Source: Legionellaceae bacterium
GTDB lineage: Bacteria; Pseudomonadota; Gammaproteobacteria; Legionellales; Legionellaceae
DNA length: 64,000 bases
NCBI GenBank assembly: GCA_029212505.1
Contig: JARGOS010000007.1
Span: forward strand, 3,107 to 67,106
Reading direction: 5' to 3'
The notes beneath the pieces are model-generated. The model made no database searches, had not been told where the DNA came from, and was given only the letters and a program-made list of their open reading frames with translations. Positions within the stretch are counted from its first letter, which is position 1. Every line of letters starts with the position of its first letter. This document shows, piece after piece, positions 58,473 through 64,000 of this stretch. The position numbers and the translations under genes are program-made.

Positions 58473-59177
58473 CTAAGCAATCAAGCGTGCAATAAGTTGA
58501 CTTCCGAGCATGCTTATCAGTAGGTAGGTTGTTGCAAATCCCCAGCCGAGTTTTTTGCCCGTGAGCCCGGATGATTCTTTGAACGCATACAGCTGTGTGG
58601 CGATTTGCCATACTTGAAAAAACATGATCAGGGTGAGGTAGGCTAAAATCCCAGGAGAAAACAGTGGGAGTGTTTCTGTGGCCATTTCTTTAATCGATGT
58701 TAAAAAGCTTGGATTCATGACTTGTGTTATCGCCGTGATGGCTGTTAAAAAAATAGATGGATAATAGGCAAAAGCGAAGGTTCCAAAAAAATCAATCAAG
58801 CGTATTTTTTTTCGAAAGAGCTTCGCTGTTAACGCAAAACCAAGAGAAAACATCAGCCATAAAGCAAAATATTGGCAGGTAAGCTGAGATAAGCTCAGAC
58901 CTGTCGTCTTATTGTGTACAATGCCGGCACTTGAAATGGAAAGTGAGCCTGTTCCAATTGCACTTAAAAAGCTGACGACCAGCATAATCATAAGACCCAA
59001 CATCAGTGCTTGAGCACCGGCTATTTTTTGAAAGGGATTAACCAGTAACGAAAAAGTTTTTTTAGAAAAAAAAGATTTTTTATCCATGGCACCCAGCAAA
59101 ATATCATAGTCTTCTTGTGAGATTTTATTTTCGTTGAGCATTTTGGTGAGTTGTTCTTGGTTTTTGTATGTTTTCAT
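58473..59177 (-). CDS. Polytopic membrane protein with an N-terminal SHOCT-like motif and a Yip1-like 5-TM body
   Basis: 234 aa. The N-terminus …LNENKISQEDYDILLGAMDKK resembles the SHOCT short oligomerisation motif, and five hydrophobic helices follow. It lies 32 nt downstream of the DUF2089 gene. Confidence 0.55.
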   Translation of the reverse strand: MKTYKNQEQLTKMLNENKISQEDYDILLGAMDKKSFFSKKTFSLLVNPFQKIAGAQALMLGLMIMLVVSFLSAIGTGSLSISSAGIVHNKTTGLSLSQLTCQYFALWLMFSLGFALTAKLFRKKIRLIDFFGTFAFAYYPSIFLTAITAITQVMNPSFLTSIKEMATETLPLFSPGILAYLTLIMFFQVWQIATQLYAFKESSGLTGKKLGWGFATTYLLISMLGSQLIARLIA

Positions 59178-59209
59178 ATTGAATGCCTTTTGATAAAGAT
59201 TAGTATCAA

Positions 59210-59578
59210 TTATAATTTGTTTAGCATCACGGCCGCTTCGTTTGCGGAAAGCGTCCCATTTTCAACAAGCTCTAAGATCTCAGCTTTTGAATCCCTTTGT
59301 TTTATTTCTAAATTGTTCATGTTTTCAATCAATAGATTGAGACGGTTTCTTAAGGTTGGATAAGAAATATCTTGAATCTTGGCCATTTCTTTAAGACTGC
59401 CGGAGCATTTCACAAAGCTGCACACAAACTGCAAGTCTTCTTCAGACAGCTTCAGCAGTGCGGGAACGGTAAATTGACCCGAAAATTTTGTGGCGCACGT
59501 CGCACATTCAATTTGCGTGGCATGTAATTTGGAACCATCACACGCGGGACATTTAGTTATTATTTTACTCACGCACAC
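59210..59578 (-). CDS. DUF2089 family protein (N-terminal zinc ribbon plus C-terminal HTH)
   Basis: CPACDGSKLHATQIECATCATKFSG (CxxC…CxxC) followed by …LSEEDLQFVCSFVKCSGSLKEMAKIQDISYPTLRNRLNLLIENM. The likely start is the GTG at 59572, after GAGG. Confidence 0.7.
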   Translation of the reverse strand: MCVSKIITKCPACDGSKLHATQIECATCATKFSGQFTVPALLKLSEEDLQFVCSFVKCSGSLKEMAKIQDISYPTLRNRLNLLIENMNNLEIKQRDSKAEILELVENGTLSANEAAVMLNKL

Positions 59579-59792
59579 CTCTTTTTTAAATAATCGAGGT
59601 ATAATTGTTATTTATATTTATTATTAAGTCAATTTTATTTAATATATTTTTAATAAAATTTATTTTTTGGTGGTTATTATATATTTAATTATGGCGTGCA
59701 GATGTTTCTAATCAATCCTGTCGTATTGGATTGAGGGGCGACAACGTTTACACTAGGCTCATGCCTAAATTTTGTAGCCAACCTGAGCCTTT

Positions 59793-62015
59793 ATGACGAC
59801 GATGATGACGACAGAGCAAAAGCCACTCACTGATTTTACGGAAAAAGCCTATTTAGATTACTCGATGTATGTGATTTTAGATCGGGCCTTGCCGCATCTT
59901 GCGGATGGGTTTAAGCCGGTGCAGCGGCGTATTATTTATGCGATGTCTGAGTTGGGTTTAAAAGCCGCGTCAAAACATAAAAAATCGGCACGAACGGTCG
60001 GGGATGTTTTAGGTAAATTTCATCCACATGGCGATACGGCCTGTTATGAAGCGATGGTGCTTATGGCGCAGCCGTTTTCGTATAGATACCCGTTTGTGGA
60101 CGGCCAAGGGAACTGGGGGTCACCCGATGATCCGAAATCTTTTGCGGCCATGCGATATACTGAGGCGCGGCTGTCACCTTATGCTGATGTGTTACTGGCT
60201 GAACTCAGGCAAGGTACGGTCGAATGGATGGATAATTTTGATGCGACCTTGAAAGAGCCTGCGCTTTTACCGGCACGCCTGCCTAATGTGCTTTTGAACG
60301 GCGCGACCGGTATCGCTGTGGGCATGTCATCGGATATTGTGCCCCATAATTTAGTTGAAGTAGCCAATGCGTGTATTCACTTATTGGATACGCCTAAAGC
60401 GTCGTTGGATGATATTTTAGAAATTATCGAAGGTCCTGATTTCCCAACACACGCTGAAATTATTACACCGAAAACGGCCTTGCATAAACTTTATTCCGAA
60501 GGCACAGGCTCGATTAAAATGCGTGCGGTGTATAAAATCGAAGATCATCAAGTGGTGATCACCGATTTACCTTACCAAGTCTCGGGTAATAAAATTATTG
60601 AGCAAATTGCGGCTCAAATGCAGCAGAAGAAATTACCCATGGTCGATGATTTGCGTGATGAATCGGATCATGAACACCCAACCCGGCTTGTGATTATTCC
60701 ACGTTCCAATCGTGTTGATTTGAATGGGTTGATGTCGCATTTGTTTGCAACGACCGATCTCGAACGAAGCTACCGTGTTAATTTTAATATGATTGGCTTG
60801 GATGGCATGCCGCGGGTTAAAAATCTTTTGACCATTTTGAACGAGTGGCTTGAATTTCGTATTGAAACCGTGACCAAGCGTTTGCAGTTCCGACTCAACC
60901 AAGTGCTCGATCGTTTGCATGTGCTCGAAGGTTTGTTGGTCGCATATTTAAATTTAGATGAAGTCATTGCGATTATTCGTGAAGAGGACGATCCGAAACA
61001 AGCGCTGATGACACGTTTTAATTTAAGTGAGCGTCAAGCCGATGCAATTTTGGAAATTAAGTTAAGACACCTTGCAAAGCTTGAAGAAACAAAGCTCAAA
61101 GCCGAGCGTGATGAGCTTGCTGCTGAACGTGATAAATTGCAGCTTATTCTAGGTAGTGATCGACGTCTACGAACGCTGATTAAAAACGAAATGATTGCCG
61201 ATCGTGATAAATTTGGTGACGCACGTCGTGCACCGATTGTGGAACGTGAAGAGTCTCAAGCGCTCAAAGAAACGGATATTTTACCGAATGAGCCGATTAC
61301 GGTGGTGTTATCTGAAAAAGGCTGGATTCGTGCCGCCAAAGGTTATGATGCCGACGGCACCGCGTTAAATTATAAAGCAGGTGACAGCTTTAAGGCACAA
61401 ACGTCTGCGCGCACCAATCAGCAGATTATTTTTCTAGACAGCGAAGGCCGTGCTTATAGCCTGCCTGGGCATACGTTACCGTCGGCACGTGGGCAAGGTG
61501 AACCACTCACCGGTAAATTAAATCCATCCGATGGCGCAACGTTTACAGCTTTGTTAGCCGGTGAGCCTCAACAAAAAATCATTCTTGCCAGTGACGCCGG
61601 GTACGGATTTGTTACACAAATTTCAGATTTGTATGTAAAAAATCGTAACGGTCGTACCTGCTTGAAGCTCGCTTCAGGTGCCAATGTGGTCACGCGCTTG
61701 ATCACCAAAAAAGCGGCTGATCATGTTGTTTGTGTCAGTAATACAGGCCATTTGCTTATTTTTTCTTTGGCGGACTTGCCCGAGTTATTGCGGGGGAAAG
61801 GTAATAAGTTGATGCAGTTGCCGAAGGATGAAAAAATTGCGGATATTCAAGTGATGAGCGCAGAGGATGCGTTAACGGTTCTGGCTGGCAAGCGTCACTT
61901 TACGTTGAAGCCTGCCGATTGGAAGGTGTATATGGGCACGCGCGGGCGACGTGGTTTGCTCTTGCCGCGTGGTTTGCGGCAAGTTTCTGAACTCCGTGTG
62001 GGTGATGAGTCGTGA
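59793..62015 (+). CDS. parC: DNA topoisomerase IV subunit A
   Basis: 740 aa: [32 protein letters not shown], …[13 protein letters not shown]… and [10 protein letters not shown] (catalytic Tyr). The short C-terminal domain fits ParC, not GyrA. Confidence 0.9.
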   Translation: MTTMMTTEQKPLTDFTEKAYLDYSMYVILDRALPHLADGFKPVQRRIIYAMSELGLKAASKHKKSARTVGDVLGKFHPHGDTACYEAMVLMAQPFSYRYPFVDGQGNWGSPDDPKSFAAMRYTEARLSPYADVLLAELRQGTVEWMDNFDATLKEPALLPARLPNVLLNGATGIAVGMSSDIVPHNLVEVANACIHLLDTPKASLDDILEIIEGPDFPTHAEIITPKTALHKLYSEGTGSIKMRAVYKIEDHQVVITDLPYQVSGNKIIEQIAAQMQQKKLPMVDDLRDESDHEHPTRLVIIPRSNRVDLNGLMSHLFATTDLERSYRVNFNMIGLDGMPRVKNLLTILNEWLEFRIETVTKRLQFRLNQVLDRLHVLEGLLVAYLNLDEVIAIIREEDDPKQALMTRFNLSERQADAILEIKLRHLAKLEETKLKAERDELAAERDKLQLILGSDRRLRTLIKNEMIADRDKFGDARRAPIVEREESQALKETDILPNEPITVVLSEKGWIRAAKGYDADGTALNYKAGDSFKAQTSARTNQQIIFLDSEGRAYSLPGHTLPSARGQGEPLTGKLNPSDGATFTALLAGEPQQKIILASDAGYGFVTQISDLYVKNRNGRTCLKLASGANVVTRLITKKAADHVVCVSNTGHLLIFSLADLPELLRGKGNKLMQLPKDEKIADIQVMSAEDALTVLAGKRHFTLKPADWKVYMGTRGRRGLLLPRGLRQVSELRVGDES

Positions 62016-62019
62016 TGGT

Positions 62020-62769
62020 TTATCTTGGCCTTGGCGCCTCAGTCAGCTCTGTTTGCATGGCTTGAACGGTTGACTCGATGATGCATAATAATTCACTCAT
62101 GGCGTGTGTGCGGCGATCAAGGATAATAAAGTCTTGGACTGCCGTATCACGGGCTGCAATTTTATCTAAAAACTCACGCTGAACGCCTTCTTCTTGCGTC
62201 ATGCTCACCGGTAAGAAACAAACGACCCGACGGCCTTGTTGTTTTAATTGATTCGCTACGTCAACGTGAGATAAGCCTAAAATTGCTGCAACGCCACCGT
62301 GCTCATTAAACGCTGCCAAATGATGCGTCATGGCTTGTTCTCGCTCGATTTGCATAGCACGAGCCGCGCGCAATTGTTGTTCGGGTGTTAACGTACGAAT
62401 GTCTCCAAGGTTTAAATCAAAACCTTTGATTTGAATAGGAAGCGCTGTGTGTTTCGCCCTTAAAATTAAGGCTAATTCGGCTTTTCTAGCAGGAAGATTG
62501 GCAATATTATGAAGAAACTCTTCTTGTCTTTCGTGAGAAGCAGAACGGAGCATTTTTTCTTTTTGGTCATCTGGTAAAGCCTGTAATTTTGACCATTGTT
62601 TACAATAGTGCAATAAAGCATCTCGATGGCTTTCAGCTGAGGTTTCTTGATCAAATTCTAAAGCAAGGGTATTGATTTCTAGTGCTTGGATGGCCGCAAG
62701 ATTTTGACTCAAAATGTCTTTGGCGATTGGATCGCGATGATCTTCAAAAAATAAAATAATAGGTTTCAT
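62020..62769 (-). CDS. Hypothetical cytoplasmic protein with a Tiki/TraB/ChaN/erythromycin-esterase-like motif order (tentative)
   Basis: Starting at the ATG at 62769: MKPIILFFEDHRD… (compare GxxH), …NTLALEFD (E), …REQAMTHHL (compare R[ND]xxM) and …AILGLSHVD (compare GxxHL). It lies 13 nt downstream of the cytochrome c4 stop. The fold assignment is an inference from motif spacing only. Confidence 0.4.
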   Translation of the reverse strand: MKPIILFFEDHRDPIAKDILSQNLAAIQALEINTLALEFDQETSAESHRDALLHYCKQWSKLQALPDDQKEKMLRSASHERQEEFLHNIANLPARKAELALILRAKHTALPIQIKGFDLNLGDIRTLTPEQQLRAARAMQIEREQAMTHHLAAFNEHGGVAAILGLSHVDVANQLKQQGRRVVCFLPVSMTQEEGVQREFLDKIAARDTAVQDFIILDRRTHAMSELLCIIESTVQAMQTELTEAPRPR

Positions 62770-62782
62770 GAGTAAGTTTTCC

Positions 62783-63406
62783 TTATTTAGGTAAGCTTGC
62801 AAGGTAATACGCAACGGCACGCATATCTTCAGGGCTCATTGCCGCAGTCACCATGCGCATGGTGTGGCCCGGATCGTTTTGACGGCGGTTATGCTTAAAT
62901 GCTTCTAATTGACGCATGGTGTAGTCGAGGTGTTGCCCGGCAAGCGATGGAAAGCCGGGGAGGCCATTGCCTTTAGCACGCACGCCATGGCAAGTCACGC
63001 ACGCCATGATGTGTTGTTTTGCATCACCTTGATGATAAAGGGTTTCACCCCGTGTGTTTTTTCGTCGAAGCCGGTGAGTGCCTGGCGGCAGGGGCTTCTT
63101 GGCATAAAAATCAGCAATGTTTTGAATATCTTCATCGGTTAATGCTTGAATAAACGGTGCCATGGCGTCATCGACAGGCCGTGCGTCATTGTGTTTTAAA
63201 TCATGGATTTGTTTGATTAAATAATCAGCGTGTTGACCCGCAAGGTTAGGCCATGCAGGGTTTAAGCTGCGGCCGTCCTGACCATGGCAGGTGGCGCAGG
63301 GAGCCGTTATCGCACGCCCTACCGTATTGCTGCCCATGGAGTATCCAGCGCATGTTGTGAGTAATAATATCAGTGTAACCCAGAAGGCTTTCATGATTTT
63401 TCTCAA
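62783..63406 (-). CDS. cc4: Dihaem cytochrome c4
   Basis: Signal peptide and two CxxCH motifs (CATCHG, CVTCHG), each followed later by a Met ligand region. It is divergent from engB, as in Pseudomonas. Confidence 0.85.
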   Translation of the reverse strand: MRKIMKAFWVTLILLLTTCAGYSMGSNTVGRAITAPCATCHGQDGRSLNPAWPNLAGQHADYLIKQIHDLKHNDARPVDDAMAPFIQALTDEDIQNIADFYAKKPLPPGTHRLRRKNTRGETLYHQGDAKQHIMACVTCHGVRAKGNGLPGFPSLAGQHLDYTMRQLEAFKHNRRQNDPGHTMRMVTAAMSPEDMRAVAYYLASLPK

Positions 63407-63508
63407 GGCAATTTGACAGGTGATCGTACATTATTTTGCGAAGATTTGCCAGTATCTGTGTTATCATGCGTGTTAAATTAGATAACGCCAGATAAAGCGA
63501 AATATTTT

Positions 63509-64000
63509 ATGATTCCTTATGCAGAAGCGAGTTTTTTAAAAAGTGCAGCGCGTGTAGATCAACTTCCCAAAGATATAGGAGCTGAAGTCGCTTTTGCGGG
63601 GCGCTCAAATGCCGGAAAATCCAGCGCAATCAATTGCCTCACGGGTATTCGACAGCTCGCAAAAGTTAGTAAAACGCCCGGGCGAACGCGCCTGATGAAT
63701 TGTTTTATTTTAAACGATGAGGCTTATCGTTTGATTGACTTGCCGGGATATGGCTACGCAAAAGTATCACGTGCGATGCAAGAAGAGTGGCAAAGGCACT
63801 TGGCGCATTATTTTGATGTACGCCAAAGCTTGCGTGGGTTGGTGGTCTTGATGGATATTCGACACCCACTCATGCCGCTCGATTTAGCCATGGTGGATTG
63901 GGCGCTCGATCGCGGCTTGCCTATCCATGCGGTGCTGACAAAAGCGGATAAGATTGGCCGTAGTAAAGCACAAAACACACTTGCCGAAGTTCGTAAGCAC
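63509..64000 (+). CDS. engB: Ribosome biogenesis GTPase EngB/YihA, N-terminal 164 codons (runs off the window end)
   Basis: This open-ended ORF is not in the track. My translation is [46 protein letters not shown]…[10 protein letters not shown]…[12 protein letters not shown]…VLTKADK, giving G1 [10 protein letters not shown]3 DLPGYG and G4 TKADK. Confidence 0.9.
   Translation, partial: MIPYAEASFLKSAARVDQLPKDIGAEVAFAGRSNAGKSSAINCLTGIRQLAKVSKTPGRTRLMNCFILNDEAYRLIDLPGYGYAKVSRAMQEEWQRHLAHYFDVRQSLRGLVVLMDIRHPLMPLDLAMVDWALDRGLPIHAVLTKADKIGRSKAQNTLAEVRKH

Noticed and set aside
59579-59792. Extremely AT-rich 214-bp spacer between the DUF2089 gene and parC, considered as an att site, an IS remnant or a secondary origin.
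   Set aside because: I found no DnaA-box-like motifs, no direct repeats matching the other islet border (56676-56760), and no integrase or tRNA nearby. It is most simply a divergent promoter region.

Overview
This window looks like the chromosomal replication-origin region of a Legionellales-like gammaproteobacterium. That placement is an inference from three Legionella-type major outer membrane protein (MOMP) paralogs, a PagP/Rcp homolog, and hfq lying close to the dnaA-dnaN-recF-gyrB block. About 70 protein genes can be supported, and most are conserved housekeeping genes. On the minus strand these include rpoH-ftsXEY (partial rpoH), gyrB-recF-dnaN-dnaA, rnr-rlmB, ahpC, grxD, coq7, a PiT transporter and cytochrome c4. 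On the plus strand they include an M16 peptidase pair with rsmD, uup, rpmH-rnpA-yidD-yidC-mnmE, a CBS-like enzyme, a valine-catabolism trio, dcd, pyrC-rnt, sodB, argD-like, pepP-ubiH-ubiI-like, parC and partial engB. The roughly 1.37 kb dnaA-rpmH spacer is the candidate oriC. It holds two clusters of GGATAA-core DnaA-box-like 9-mers, three ~80-100 bp imperfect direct repeats with promoter-like and inverted-repeat substructure, and one small, very acidic ORF. Lower-GC accessory patches carry several other items. These are a DUF2975/YozG-type HTH pair with a 12-bp inverted repeat in its divergent promoter region, a chain of three translationally coupled mini membrane proteins feeding into a short SDR, several orphan genes with canonical promoters, an 821-aa polytopic membrane protein with a disordered Ser/Asp/Pro tail, an AbiEi/AbiEii type IV toxin-antitoxin (abortive infection) pair, and a convergent DUF2089 zinc-ribbon/HTH plus SHOCT/Yip1-like membrane protein pair. 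I found no rRNA, tRNA, CRISPR array, transposase or integrase. All family assignments come from reading the translations and motifs by eye; no database search was run.
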